From positions 9,095 to 73,094 of IMG/VR virus record IMGVR_UViG_3300039210_000318: a stretch of 64,000 bases of DNA; one strand, given 5' to 3'. A program made the translations under genes and the position numbers. The notes beneath the pieces were generated by a model, which was not told where the DNA came from, made no database searches, and worked only from the letters and a program-made list of their open reading frames with translations. Positions 10,302 through 19,702 of this stretch are shown piece by piece. The stretch comes from a virus. Numbering within the stretch: the stretch's first letter is position 1; the number at the start of each line of letters is the position of its first letter.

Positions 10302-10735
10302 GGCGTCGTTCCTTTCTCTATAGGCGACTGTGCGGGGTCAGACCAGGCCCGCCTATTCCAGCCTTTCGGCGCCAGCGTGTTGCTGGCGGCCGCGGCGGCT
10401 CGCCAACCGAGGAAGTAGTCTGGTATGAACGTGGGAGGTTCGTCGGGGCAATCCTCGGCGCTCGGCTCGGTCTCCACGTCGTCGTGGTCCCAGCCGTTGA
10501 GGATGCCGCAGATGTGGCCGATGGAGGAGTCGAGCGCCGAGGCGTAGTCGGTGGCGTTGTGGTTGATGGTGGCGGTGTCAAGCCCGGCAGCCTGGGCCAG
10601 GGCGACCAGCGCGCAGCCGCAGGGGATGCGCTCGTCGCCCCGCAGGTGGTGTGCCCATGTGCGCCGGACGGGGGCTAGACCGGTCTGGGCGAAGGCGTCG
10701 ACAATGTCCTGCTCGGTGTAGGTGCGGATGCTCAT
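10298..10735 (-). CDS. Hypothetical protein, PCGCALVALA paralogue family (copy 5)
   Basis: DIVDAF..TG..P.RRTW..PCGCALVALA..GILNGWD..Y..GW motif shared with its neighbours. Confidence 0.7.
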   Translation of the reverse strand: MSIRTYTEQDIVDAFAQTGLAPVRRTWAHHLRGDERIPCGCALVALAQAAGLDTATINHNATDYASALDSSIGHICGILNGWDHDDVETEPSAEDCPDEPPTFIPDYFLGWRAAAAASNTLAPKGWNRRAWSDPAQSPIEKGTTP

Positions 10736-11121
10736 AGCTGCGTCCTGCCGCTAAAGGTTTCCTTGGCCGCGGCGAAGGCGACGCGCCAGCCGCGCAGGTA
10801 GTCGTCGGACTGGTCGGCCGTCGCGACGCGCACGAGCATGGGGTCCGGCAGGGTGACGTGACTAAAGTCGTCCCAGCCGTTGAGGATGCCTGAGGCATGC
10901 CACGCCGGTATCCTCAACGCCACGCTATAGCTGTCGGCCGTGTTTTCGAGCATGAGCGTGTCCACACCGCGGGCGACGGCCAGGGCGACCAGGGCGCAAC
11001 CGCAGGGCCGGCGCGCTCCCTCCGGCCCGCGCGACCGGTTCCATGTGCCCTGGATTGGCTCAATGCCGGATTTGGTGAAGGCGTCCAGAATGTCCTGGAC
11101 GGTGACGTAGTTTTCAGCCAT
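10732..11121 (-). CDS. Hypothetical protein, PCGCALVALA paralogue family (copy 4)
   Basis: MAENYVTVQDILDAF..PCGCALVALA..GILNGWD; GGAGG RBS. Confidence 0.7.
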   Translation of the reverse strand: MAENYVTVQDILDAFTKSGIEPIQGTWNRSRGPEGARRPCGCALVALAVARGVDTLMLENTADSYSVALRIPAWHASGILNGWDDFSHVTLPDPMLVRVATADQSDDYLRGWRVAFAAAKETFSGRTQL

Positions 11122-11515
11122 TGATCTGTACCTCCATGATGCGCTTGGCGGCGGCGTGGGCAGCCTCCCAGCCGGCTTTGTAGTGGGCCTTGCCTCTGGC
11201 GTCGGCGTTGGCCGGGTGGTAGCGGAAGCTGTTGTCAAAGGAGCCGAGCACGTCCCAGCCGTTGACGATGCCCAGGGCGTGGTATTCCGTGGTGCCGAGG
11301 ACCTTGGCATAGCTACGCTCATCGAGGGGCAGCAAGGCGTTTTCCAGGTCGATACCGGCGTCGACTGCGAGGCAGACCAGGGCGCAACCACAAGGACTGC
11401 GGTAGTCACCGTCGTACCAGACGTGGGACCAGGTGCGGCGTACCGGACGGATACCGGTACGGTCGTAGGCGTCGACAATGTCCTGCTCGCTGAAAAGGCG
11501 CAGGCGCTTGGTCAT
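11114..11515 (-). CDS. Hypothetical protein, PCGCALVALA paralogue family (copy 3)
   Basis: MTKRLRLFSEQDIVDAY..PCGCALVCLA..GIVNGWD. Confidence 0.7.
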   Translation of the reverse strand: MTKRLRLFSEQDIVDAYDRTGIRPVRRTWSHVWYDGDYRSPCGCALVCLAVDAGIDLENALLPLDERSYAKVLGTTEYHALGIVNGWDVLGSFDNSFRYHPANADARGKAHYKAGWEAAHAAAKRIMEVQING

Positions 11516-12000
11516 GGGTGCAACCCTCCATTCTCGTAGACCATTAGATTCTTGCCGTAGTTGAGCTTCAGCGCGCGGTGGATGCCGAAGCCGCAGCGCA
11601 TGCCGGCGCGGAAAGAGTGCAGGGTGGCAGCCTCGCTGCGCCGCTCCCCGGCGATCCTGCCAACTCCTTCCTGGTAGAAGACCCCTTCTTCCCCGGTACT
11701 GGCGTAGTCGAAGCCGTGGCCGATCCCCACCGTGTAGGCGACGGAGTAGCCCAGCAGGGATGCTAGGCGGACGTAGTTGCCCTTCCATGGCCGGCCGGTG
11801 TCGATGGCCGAGATAGCGGGGGATTGGCCCTGCTCGTGCCAGACGACGGCGACCAGGGGGCAGGCGCAATCCGGGGGCAGGGGTTGGGGCAGGGGAGCAG
11901 TGACGGTGTGGTACCGACGAAAGTAGAAGCCGCCCGTCAGAGGCAGCATCTCAATGTGGGCATAGGCTTTGAGGACGCGCTTAGGGGTGAACGGGCGCAT
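11512..12000 (-). CDS. Hypothetical protein, diverged member of the same paralogue family (copy 2)
   Basis: MRPFTPKRVLKAY..CACPLVAV..GIGHGFD..F.AG; AGGAGGAG RBS. Confidence 0.55.
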   Translation of the reverse strand: MRPFTPKRVLKAYAHIEMLPLTGGFYFRRYHTVTAPLPQPLPPDCACPLVAVVWHEQGQSPAISAIDTGRPWKGNYVRLASLLGYSVAYTVGIGHGFDYASTGEEGVFYQEGVGRIAGERRSEAATLHSFRAGMRCGFGIHRALKLNYGKNLMVYENGGLHP

Positions 12001-12541
12001 CGGTCTCCTCCTGCTCTCGTGATACCAGGCCAAAGTAGGCGGCTGGCCATGGGTTGCCGGTAGTCGTTTCCTGCCCGCAGCGGGGACAGGTCCAGGACGT
12101 GGACGGACCCTCCGGGTCCGCTCGGGTGGGCAGGGGTTGGAAGGGCAGGAGACCGCCGCAGGCGCAGCGCGGTCGGCGCAAGGCCGACGCGACGTGAGCC
12201 TGGTAGCGGTCGGTTTGCCGGATGCTCCTCCGCGCCGCCGGATGCACCATGGGCAGGAAGGGCACCCCCGCGCGCTCCAGCGCGCGCCGGACCCGCTCCC
12301 CCAGGGCCACGATGGTATCTCCGGCCGCGGCGTCGTCGGCAATCATCCAGAGCGCATGGTCGTTTACCTCCCATGGCGTCGTGTCGAGGTAGAGGTTGGT
12401 AAAGCGGCAGCATGCCGGGTCTACCCCGGCGGCGCGCAGCGCGGCGAATAGGGTCTTGGCGGCGAGCCTGCCGTCCGTCCAGGAGACCCCCATGCTGATG
12501 GCGCGCTTGCTGCGGCGCTCGCCTACAAAGAGGTAGGTCAT
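11981..12541 (-). CDS. Uracil-DNA-glycosylase-superfamily-like protein
   Basis: LFVGE, FTNL, IVALG and HPA motifs in UDG-fold order. Confidence 0.5.
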   Translation of the reverse strand: MTYLFVGERRSKRAISMGVSWTDGRLAAKTLFAALRAAGVDPACCRFTNLYLDTTPWEVNDHALWMIADDAAAGDTIVALGERVRRALERAGVPFLPMVHPAARRSIRQTDRYQAHVASALRRPRCACGGLLPFQPLPTRADPEGPSTSWTCPRCGQETTTGNPWPAAYFGLVSREQEETDAPVHP

Positions 12542-12906
12542 GCTGCCTCCTCCCCAAAGAGCGTGCGGGAGGCGGTGTTGGCGGCTTGCCAGCCGGCGTA
12601 ATAGACGGGGCCGGAGGGAGCGTTGCCGGAGGGGCGCCGGTGCGGGCTATCCCAGCCGTCGAGGATGCCCTGGGCATGCGGCCGGGAGATGCCCAGGGCA
12701 TGCGCGTAGGTTGCAGCACCGAAGGGCTCGTTGGCCTGCATGGCGGGGAAGCACCCCGCTGCCTCGGCCAGCGCGACCAGGGCGCAGCCGCAGGGAACGA
12801 GGAAGCCCGCGTGCAGAGTCACCCGGGCCCACGTGTACCGGATTGGCTGGAGTTTGGTCTGCCGGAAAGCGAGGACAATGTCCTCGGCGGTAAAGAACTT
12901 GCTCAT
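12538..12906 (-). CDS. Hypothetical protein, PCGCALVALA paralogue family (copy 1)
   Basis: MSKFFTAEDIVLAF..TW..PCGCALVALA..GILDGWD..Y.AGW; GAGGAGG RBS. Confidence 0.7.
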   Translation of the reverse strand: MSKFFTAEDIVLAFRQTKLQPIRYTWARVTLHAGFLVPCGCALVALAEAAGCFPAMQANEPFGAATYAHALGISRPHAQGILDGWDSPHRRPSGNAPSGPVYYAGWQAANTASRTLFGEEAA

Positions 12907-12907
12907 G

Positions 12908-13222
12908 CTAGTCCTCCTCATTGCCCCATACGTCGCCCAGCGGGAGCATGGCTGCACGGGCGTCCGCTTGGCGAGCCGCCAGAGATTGCTTGGCCCGCGT
13001 CTCGGCGTCCAGCAGCAGGAGCGCTGCGTCGGCGCCGTAGGCGGTGGCGAACGCCTTCATCCCCATGACCTTGGCGGTTGCGCCGGTCACCCGGAGGTAG
13101 ACGGCGTTAGCCAGTTTCGTCTCGGCGTCCTGCCGGGAGAGTTGGGTGTCCTGGCGGTTGGAGCCGAGGAGAAAGTCTCGCCCCCGCGCCGGGGTGACGA
13201 CGATGACGTGGGGGTCTAGCAT
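12908..13222 (-). CDS. Hypothetical protein
   Basis: ATG at 13222 in the 12908-13732 frame; ends next to the RBS of the following gene. Confidence 0.5.
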   Translation of the reverse strand: MLDPHVIVVTPARGRDFLLGSNRQDTQLSRQDAETKLANAVYLRVTGATAKVMGMKAFATAYGADAALLLLDAETRAKQSLAARQADARAAMLPLGDVWGNEED

Positions 13223-13741
13223 GCCGCGCTCCGCTGCTGGTCGCGGCGGGGGGAGGCTTCCTCGACGGCTCGCTCCGTCAAGGTGGCGACGCGCTCCTGC
13301 GCGGCGTCCAGGCGGCGCCGCCAGTAGGCAGCCGAAGGGGAGCCGGGCGGCGCGGCAGCGAGCCGGGAGCGCAGGTGTTGCACCTGGTCGCGATCGCGCA
13401 CGCGCTCGTAGCCGAGCAAGTCCAGGATGGGAGGAATGGGTCTGTCCTTTCTGTACCGGCGCGTCCGTCGCGCCGGTACCCGTATAGCATACCGCTACGC
13501 TACGGTATCCAAAAGGGGGTCTGCCGAAGGTACGGGTCAACGGTAGTACCTTCGGCGGGCGGCTCCGGTAGCCGGCCGATCGGCAGCACGGCGGTGAGGC
13601 GGTGCGTGCCGGGCAGGGCGGCGCGGCGCAAATCTGCGGCGCAGCCAGCGGCGGCTTTGGCGCTGCGATGGTCGTGACCGCAGGTGTAGGAGAGCACCCA
13701 GGAGCCGTCCTGCTCCTGGGTGCGCGTCTCAACGTGGTAGG

Positions 13742-14614
13742 TCATGCCGCCACGTCCTCGGTGGCGTCGGCGGCGGGGGTGCAGGCGTTGATGATATGCG
13801 CCGCGGCCTTGGCGATGCTCGCCAGTTCGCCGCGCAGGGTGTCCGGCGTGCCGTGCCAGGACAAAAGGTAGTCGGCGGCGAAGGGGTTGGCAATGCCGTA
13901 GTGGCGGGCGACCACGTAGGCGGTCGCCTCGGCGTGCCATTCCGCTACCTCGCGGGCGGTCGCTGCCTCGCCCGCCTCGAAGTGCAGCAGGCGGTGCGCC
14001 CACTCGTGCCAGAGGACCAGCAGCCGGTCGTGGCTGCCGAGACCCTCGGCGGTGACGATGCGGCCGTCGCGGGTAGCGTAGCCGCGCGCCGCCCCCGGCA
14101 TGGGTCCTTCGCTTACGCGCGCGCCGTCCTTCGCCAGCGCGGCCAGGGTGACGTCGACCTGCTCCTGCGCGTCGTCGCCCAGGGGTGTCCAGTACTCGGG
14201 GAGGGGCTTCGAGTCGTCCAGTTGGGAGGCGTCGAAGACCGCCACGTCGCGGAAGGCCAGACGCTTGCTTTCCTCGCCGGTCTCCGGGTCAACGGTCCCG
14301 GATTTCAGGACGATGGGGGCAAGGATGCGCAGGGCCTTCTGGCCCCTGGCGACCTGGTAGCCCGCCTCCTGCCATGCGCGGTAGGAGGCCACCTGGGTGG
14401 CGTGGGGGCATTGCAGGGCGATCAGGATGCAGTTGCGGAAGCTGTACTTGTGGAAGCGCGCGGCGAAGTCGAGGAAGGACACCAGGCGGTCGCTCTTGCC
14501 CGCCGCCATCTCCTCGGCCAGCGCGGCGAGGGAGGTGTTGAGGTCGGCGTTGAGGCCCGTGCGCCGCTCCTCGGCGGCGGCGCGGGCTGCTGCGTCGGGG
14601 GTGTACTTGCTCAT
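13742..14614 (-). CDS. ardC: ArdC-like ssDNA-binding antirestriction protein with a zincin-like domain
   Basis: FHKYSFRNCILI, ATQVASYRAW, GYQVARGQKALRILAP and VFDASQ motifs; HEWAH..E..AEATAY metalloprotease motif. Confidence 0.85.
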   Translation of the reverse strand: MSKYTPDAAARAAAEERRTGLNADLNTSLAALAEEMAAGKSDRLVSFLDFAARFHKYSFRNCILIALQCPHATQVASYRAWQEAGYQVARGQKALRILAPIVLKSGTVDPETGEESKRLAFRDVAVFDASQLDDSKPLPEYWTPLGDDAQEQVDVTLAALAKDGARVSEGPMPGAARGYATRDGRIVTAEGLGSHDRLLVLWHEWAHRLLHFEAGEAATAREVAEWHAEATAYVVARHYGIANPFAADYLLSWHGTPDTLRGELASIAKAAAHIINACTPAADATEDVAA

Positions 14615-15009
14615 GCCAGCACCGTCCTTTCCTCGTTCGTCCAGGGGTCATAGGTGTCGCCGGTGTCGGGGTCCGGCAGCTCCGGCGCGTCCTCCGCTTC
14701 CCGGCGCAGGAGGAGCATGGCCCCCCCCGTATCGCTACCCGGCGCGTAGAGCGGGGTGCAGGAAACCAGGTCCCACCCCTCGCGGGCGAAGCGGTTGATG
14801 TAGTCGCTTTCGTCCACCCAGAGGAGCAGCTTGTACTCATAGGTGGGCTGCCCCGCCGCGCGGCGCAGGATCAGGTTCATGAGCGCCTGGTTTCCTACGG
14901 CGCAGGAGGTCGCGCTGGCGATCTCCCAGCCGTCGGAGCTGAGCCGGTTCAGACTTTCGTCCAGTTCCATCCCGGCGTACAGGCAAAGGGTCTTGTGCTC
15001 GTACTTCAC
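14611..15009 (-). CDS. Hypothetical protein with two DUF4177-like repeats
   Basis: YE(H/Y)K..(L/I)NR..(D/E)GW(E/D)..LRR occurs twice; GTG start. Confidence 0.55.
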   Translation of the reverse strand: MKYEHKTLCLYAGMELDESLNRLSSDGWEIASATSCAVGNQALMNLILRRAAGQPTYEYKLLLWVDESDYINRFAREGWDLVSCTPLYAPGSDTGGAMLLLRREAEDAPELPDPDTGDTYDPWTNEERTVLA

Positions 15010-15299
15010 GCCACCCCCCCCTCGAGGGCGGCGAGGTCGGCCTTGGCGGTAGCGATCAGCGGCGCGTAGCGGCTGAGGTTTTCCGGGTGAATCGCCAGCT
15101 TGCCCTCGTAGGTGCGGATGAAGTTCCGCAGCCCCTGGGCCTTGTGGTTGCGCTGCTCCTGCGCGCGCAGGGACGTGACGTGCCAGCAGGCGCGGCCGCT
15201 GCGTCCGGCGGCGCAGGTGCATTCGCTCGCGCCGTTGTCATGCAGCAGGGTGTGGTAGGTCGCGTTGCTCGTCCGGCTGGGCATTAAGGCTTGTACCAT
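15006..15299 (-). CDS. SWIM zinc-finger protein
   Basis: CTC..G..R.CWH motif; GAAAGGA RBS; downstream of the conserved promoter at 15350-15378. Confidence 0.7.
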   Translation of the reverse strand: MVQALMPSRTSNATYHTLLHDNGASECTCAAGRSGRACWHVTSLRAQEQRNHKAQGLRNFIRTYEGKLAIHPENLSRYAPLIATAKADLAALEGGVA

Positions 15300-15443
15300 C
15301 GGGGGCTGGTCCTTTCCTTCGCGGCGCGTCCTGCGCGCCGTGTAAAGGGAGTATACCGCTACGCAACGGTATACGCAAGCGCCACGGCGCCACGCCGGCC
15401 AAAGGTACCCCTCTGCGGTAGCCCATCTGGCCGGCGCGCGCGC

Positions 15444-15635
15444 GGAAAACGCACCCCGACGTTGCCCCACACGCCGCGTTAGAAACGCGAACGGGTAATA
15501 CTGGCAGCCCGCGCCGACTACCCCAGAACCGCGCCACGTTGCCCAAGGCCGGGTGGCCCCCTTTCCGGCCTGCGCCTGACCCCAACGATGCCCCCCAGCG
15601 GGGGCCAACGGGCGACGTGGGGCAACGTCGGCGCA
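15444..15635 (-). repeat. ~190-bp dispersed element, copy A (inverted relative to the other copies)
   Basis: Reverse complement matches the 42392, 46463 and 52260 copies (GGCATCGTTGGGGTCAGGCGCA..GGCCTTGGGCA..CTGCCAGT..TCTAACGCGGCGTGTGGGGCAACG). Confidence 0.8.
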
Positions 15636-15776
15636 AAGACGGGGGAGGTGTCCGGGGGTTGCCATCGGCGGCGGTCAGGCGTGCGCGGCGGGTCAGCCGG
15701 CCAGGCAGGCTCCAGAAACGGCGCTACCGCTGTCATGACGCATGACAGCGGTAGCGGGCAGGGCCAGCGCGGGCGG

Positions 15777-16427
15777 TTATGCCCCCTTGCGCTCGGCCAG
15801 CCAAACCGGCTTCTGGCCACACTTGGCCGAGCAGAACCAGGCGCTGTATGGTCGGCCGTCCCGCGTGGTGCCGCTGCGCAGCAGCATCGGTTCGTCGCAG
15901 GAAGGGCAGGACCGCGCAAGCGCCTCGCCCAATTGCTTCTCCTCGTCGTTGCCGTCCGCCGCCAGGACGCGCGGCCGCTGTTCGTAGTTTGGCTGCTGCT
16001 GCCCACCCCCGGCGCTCGTCTCCTTCTCGTACAAAGAATTGCCGAAGGCATTACCGAAGGTGCGCAGCGCCCGCTTCAGGGCGTCGGTAACCGCTCCCTT
16101 GATGGCGGTCTCCTGGGCGTCGGGTGAAGCCTGGTCGCTGTCGCGGGGGATCGCCGGAATGCCGACGCCGACGTCCTCACGGTTGATCGGCTCGCCTTCC
16201 GGCGGCAGCACGGTCAGCAGGATGGTGGCGAGCCAGACCCCTTGCTGGTGCTCCAGCTTGGTGACCCGGTAGGACCAGCCGTGATAGCCAAAGACGGAGT
16301 TCGCCATGCTGATCACGTCATGGCCTTCGAGGTAGCGGAGTTCGATCCCCTGCTTGCGCCGGGTATGCACCCGGCTATCGTCTACCTTCTGGTCGAGTTG
16401 GTCCAGTTGCGCCGGCGCAAAGCCCAT
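15777..16427 (-). CDS. Rad52/Rad22-family (Sak-like) single-strand annealing protein with a C-terminal Zn ribbon
   Basis: YLEGHDVI..AN.VFGYHGWS, REDVGVG and KGAVTDALKRALRTFGNAFGNSLY motifs. Confidence 0.9.
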   Translation of the reverse strand: MGFAPAQLDQLDQKVDDSRVHTRRKQGIELRYLEGHDVISMANSVFGYHGWSYRVTKLEHQQGVWLATILLTVLPPEGEPINREDVGVGIPAIPRDSDQASPDAQETAIKGAVTDALKRALRTFGNAFGNSLYEKETSAGGGQQQPNYEQRPRVLAADGNDEEKQLGEALARSCPSCDEPMLLRSGTTRDGRPYSAWFCSAKCGQKPVWLAERKGA

Positions 16428-16490
16428 GGCCTTTTCCTCTCTCGCCGCTCTCGGCCCGCCGCGCAAGTGCGGCGGGCCATGCCCCTGCCC

Positions 16491-16889
16491 CTAGAAGGGC
16501 AGATCGTCGTCCAGGGAGTCGTTGCTCGGCGCGGCAGCCGCCACTCGCTCTCCGGCATCGGCGCGGCTACCGAGCAGTTGCAGCTGCTGGACAATCACCT
16601 CGACGCGGTAGTGCTTCTGGCCTTCGGTGTCCTCCCAGGAGCGGGTCTGCAGGCGTCCCTCGATGTAGACCTTCCCGCCTTTGACGAGGTACTGGTTGGC
16701 GATCTCCGCTTGGCGGTCAAAGGCCACGATGTTGAACCACTCGGTTTCCTCGCGGCGGTTGCCTTCCTGGCCCACGGTGCGCGAGACCGCTACCGAGAAG
16801 TTGGTGACCGGCTTGCCGCTGGGCGTGTATCTCATTTCGGGGTCTTTGCCGAGGTTGCCCAAAATGATGACCTTGTTTACTCCTGCCAT
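16491..16889 (-). CDS. ssb: Single-stranded DNA-binding protein
   Basis: VNKVIILGNLGKDPEMRYT, VYIEGRLQTRSW and the DDDLPF tail. Confidence 0.97.
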   Translation of the reverse strand: MAGVNKVIILGNLGKDPEMRYTPSGKPVTNFSVAVSRTVGQEGNRREETEWFNIVAFDRQAEIANQYLVKGGKVYIEGRLQTRSWEDTEGQKHYRVEVIVQQLQLLGSRADAGERVAAAAPSNDSLDDDLPF

Positions 16890-17024
16890 TCCTGGCCTCC
16901 TTACCGCTCGCGCCGCCCCCGGTAGCCATACCGGGCGGCAGCGCGCGCCGGTAGCATTAGTATACCGTACCGCTATGGTATGCTCCGAGAAAGCGGGCTA
17001 GCCGGTTGGGCTAGCCCGCCTGGG

Positions 17025-17297
17025 CTACGCTGCGGTAGAGGTCGCACCTGGCCGGCGCCGGATGGGGTTTCCCTCGGCCGCGCGCCGCCTGGCATAGTCG
17101 ATCTTCCAGCAGCGGGGGGAGCAGTAGCGGCGGTGCCGGCCAAGCTCCTCCATAATCTCCGTGCCGCACACGACACAGTTAGTTGGCTGCTTGGCGCGTG
17201 GTACCGCGCGCAGCACGTTGCCCGCCATGGCCCGGTCGGACAATGAGGGCGGCGGCGGCGGCGCGGGCAGCGCCGCCGAGGCAGAACGAACAGGCAT
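17025..17297 (-). CDS. Small Zn-finger protein
   Basis: CVVCG..YCSPRC motif; AAAAGGAG RBS. Confidence 0.5.
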   Translation of the reverse strand: MPVRSASAALPAPPPPPSLSDRAMAGNVLRAVPRAKQPTNCVVCGTEIMEELGRHRRYCSPRCWKIDYARRRAAEGNPIRRRPGATSTAA

Positions 17298-17518
17298 AGC
17301 CGGCTCCTTTTCCTGGGTAGCTTCACCCCTCGCGCCGGACTCGCCCCGTCGCGTCGGGATACTGGTACGGTACAGTATCCGCACCTGCAATATCGTACCA
17401 TCAATGCTCCCTTCCCCCTCTACCGCGCTGGTATATGCCGTTACGTTACGGTATGCTCAGGACAGCGCGGGGTATGAGGTTGCGCGCGCAGCCGTCCCGC
17501 GCGGAAAGGAAGGTACCC

Positions 17519-17920
17519 ATGACCTTCGCAGAGGCATTGGCTATGGCGCGGCGCCGGGAAGGCTTAAGCCAGTTAGCCCTGGGGGCGCACGCCGGCGTGG
17601 CGGCGTCCCACCTCAACCGACTGGAGCACGGCTACCGCACCGCACCCGGGCCCGCCTTCGTCGCTGCCCTGGTCGGCGTGCTCGGAGACGAGTATGCGCC
17701 GCTGCTCTACTGGACAGCCGGCCTGCTGCCCCCCGCCTGGCGCCGCTTACACCCCGGCGACCCGACCCTCTCGGCGGTCGCCACCTTCCTCTGCGTGCCG
17801 CTACGCGATGCGGGCGAGTTGCAAGACTTCCGGAGCGTCGTAGAAGCCATGGTCCTGCATTGGGGCAGCGCTCCCGCGGTACCCGTGGAGCAACTCGGCC
17901 AGGCGGCGCTGCCGCTATGA
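17519..17920 (+). CDS. XRE-family HTH transcriptional regulator
   Basis: FAEALAMARRREGLSQLALG..SHLNRLEHG; GAAAGGAAGG RBS; preceded by the conserved operator/promoter. Confidence 0.85.
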   Translation: MTFAEALAMARRREGLSQLALGAHAGVAASHLNRLEHGYRTAPGPAFVAALVGVLGDEYAPLLYWTAGLLPPAWRRLHPGDPTLSAVATFLCVPLRDAGELQDFRSVVEAMVLHWGSAPAVPVEQLGQAALPL

Positions 17921-18957
17921 GCGCAGCCGACCAAGATAGCCGACACGGCAGCCGATTGGAGCATAGTCTCGCCCTGCGCCGACTCGGCCAGGGTATGGAC
18001 GCCCTCTCCCTCTCTACCGCACCGGCGCGCCAACTCCGGCTCCTGGCCGTGCTGATGCGCGAGACCTGGGCCTGGAATACCGACGACGTCGGCCTCTCCC
18101 TCACCGAGATTGCGGAGCGCACCGCGCTGGGACGGTCGCATATCACCCGGGCCCTGCGCGCCTTAGAGGCGGCCGGCGTGTGTCGGCGCACGGCCGAGGG
18201 CAACACCAGAGGGCAGAGCCGGCCACGCAATCGCTACACCATGCACCCGCCGGAAGACTGGCTCCCCCCGTTTCTACCCCAGGGTACGAACCGTACCCTG
18301 GGGCCAGGGTACGAACCGGCCACTACCCCAGGGTACGAACCGTACCCAGCCCCAGGGTACGGCAGCACGCCTGACCCAGGGTACGGTTCGTACCCTACAC
18401 CCATGGTTAACCATGACACCTTAACCATGAGAGAGAACCATGGGGCCGACCCCGGCGCAGCCCCGGCTGCGCGGCCTCCCCTTTCCGCGCAATTGCGTTT
18501 GACGGAGCACCGGGCGGCGGGAGCAGCCGTCGACCAGGCCCAGGCCCTTGCCCTGGCCCACTGGCTGGCCGAGGAAGTGCAGCACGGCAGCGAGCCGCTG
18601 GACGATGCTGCGCTGCTGCAGGAAGCCGGGCATGCCGCCGTGCTCATCGCCCGCTTCCACGGCTACCTCGGCGTCGTCGCGCATTGCCAGGAACGCCTCA
18701 AGGAACGCCGCCGCCGGCCGCTGCGGTTGGCTCACGTCGTTGCGGATCTTGCTCGCGCCGAGCGGCGCGTGGCCCCGGCTCTAGAAAGGGCAACCACCCC
18801 CCATGCAAAATCTCAACAGCCAGTGGCGCCAGATTGGTACGCTGGTACCGCAGCAGACTATGCCCGCGACGTTGAGGAGCGCGAAGCCTACCGCGAACGG
18901 CAGCGCGTCGCCTTCGACGCCAGCATGGCCGACCAGGACGCCCGCGCCACCGGCTGA
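17917..18957 (+). CDS. Phage replication initiator (wHTH, lambda-O-like layout)
   Basis: LSLTEIAERTALGRSHITRALRALEAAG..NRY HTH; internal iteron repeats; directly upstream of the DnaC-like loader. Confidence 0.75.
   Translation: MSAADQDSRHGSRLEHSLALRRLGQGMDALSLSTAPARQLRLLAVLMRETWAWNTDDVGLSLTEIAERTALGRSHITRALRALEAAGVCRRTAEGNTRGQSRPRNRYTMHPPEDWLPPFLPQGTNRTLGPGYEPATTPGYEPYPAPGYGSTPDPGYGSYPTPMVNHDTLTMRENHGADPGAAPAARPPLSAQLRLTEHRAAGAAVDQAQALALAHWLAEEVQHGSEPLDDAALLQEAGHAAVLIARFHGYLGVVAHCQERLKERRRRPLRLAHVVADLARAERRVAPALERATTPHAKSQQPVAPDWYAGTAADYARDVEEREAYRERQRVAFDASMADQDARATG
18279..18443 (+). repeat. Iteron-like repeats / probable replication origin
   Basis: CCAGGGTACG at 18279, 18304, 18328, 18352 and 18376 (24-25 bp period), then CCATGGTTAACCATG and AACCATG repeats, all inside the initiator gene. 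Confidence 0.75.
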
Positions 18958-19696
18958 ACGCTGCTCCGTCTGCCACGAGCCGCTCCAGCCGCGGCAGCAC
19001 GGCTGGCTGCGCCGGGGCGGCGCGCCGGGGGAGGAAGGGTTCGGCCTGGCCGTGCCCTGCCCGGCGTGCAGCCCGCCGGTACGCCGGCAGCAGGCATGGG
19101 AGCGCGGCGCCGCGCTGCGCTCCCACTTCCCCCTGCCACCCGAGGCCGTGGCAGCGGGCTGGACCTTCGACTCCTTCCCGAGCACCAACACGACGTCACC
19201 CGTCGTGCGGCGGGTGATTGCCTTCGTCAAGGAGGAGTCCGACTATCGTAATTGCTACGTCCACGGCGACTACGGCGTCGGCAAGAGCGGGCTGGGCATC
19301 GCCGCCGTGCGCTGGGCATGGGAGCAGCGCCGACCGGCGTTGTACACGACGCTGCCGGCGCTGCTCTCCCTCATCCGGCACACCTACGACGAAGGCGGCA
19401 GTCTTACCGAGGAGCACATTCTGCATAGCCTGGAAGAATGCGACCTGCTGGTCGTGGACGATCTGGGTCCGGCGCGCGGCGGGGGAGCCGCGCGTCCGCT
19501 CTCGGCCTGGACGGAGGAGAAGGTCTTCCAACTGACCAACAGCCGCATGCTCTCCGGCCGGCGCACCCTCTACACCAGCAACCACCGCCCGGAAGCCCTC
19601 CGGCCGCCGACCATCCTGGGCGACCGTATCGTGGAGCGCATCGAGTACCGCTGCCTCACACTCGAGCTCGCCGGGCCGAATTGGCGGCGGCAGTAG
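18803..19696 (+). CDS. DnaC/IstB-like AAA+ helicase loader
   Basis: Zn-binding CxxC pairs, Walker A GDYGVGKS, Walker B LLVVDDLG, TSN and RIVERI motifs. Confidence 0.88.
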   Translation: MQNLNSQWRQIGTLVPQQTMPATLRSAKPTANGSASPSTPAWPTRTPAPPAERCSVCHEPLQPRQHGWLRRGGAPGEEGFGLAVPCPACSPPVRRQQAWERGAALRSHFPLPPEAVAAGWTFDSFPSTNTTSPVVRRVIAFVKEESDYRNCYVHGDYGVGKSGLGIAAVRWAWEQRRPALYTTLPALLSLIRHTYDEGGSLTEEHILHSLEECDLLVVDDLGPARGGGAARPLSAWTEEKVFQLTNSRMLSGRRTLYTSNHRPEALRPPTILGDRIVERIEYRCLTLELAGPNWRRQ

Positions 19697-19702
19697 GACC
19701 AC

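Noticed and set aside
17161-17916. N-terminal 252 aa of the listed 598-aa ORF
   Set aside because: It overlaps the XRE gene and promoter. The real initiator start is probably ATG 17917, coupled to the XRE stop.
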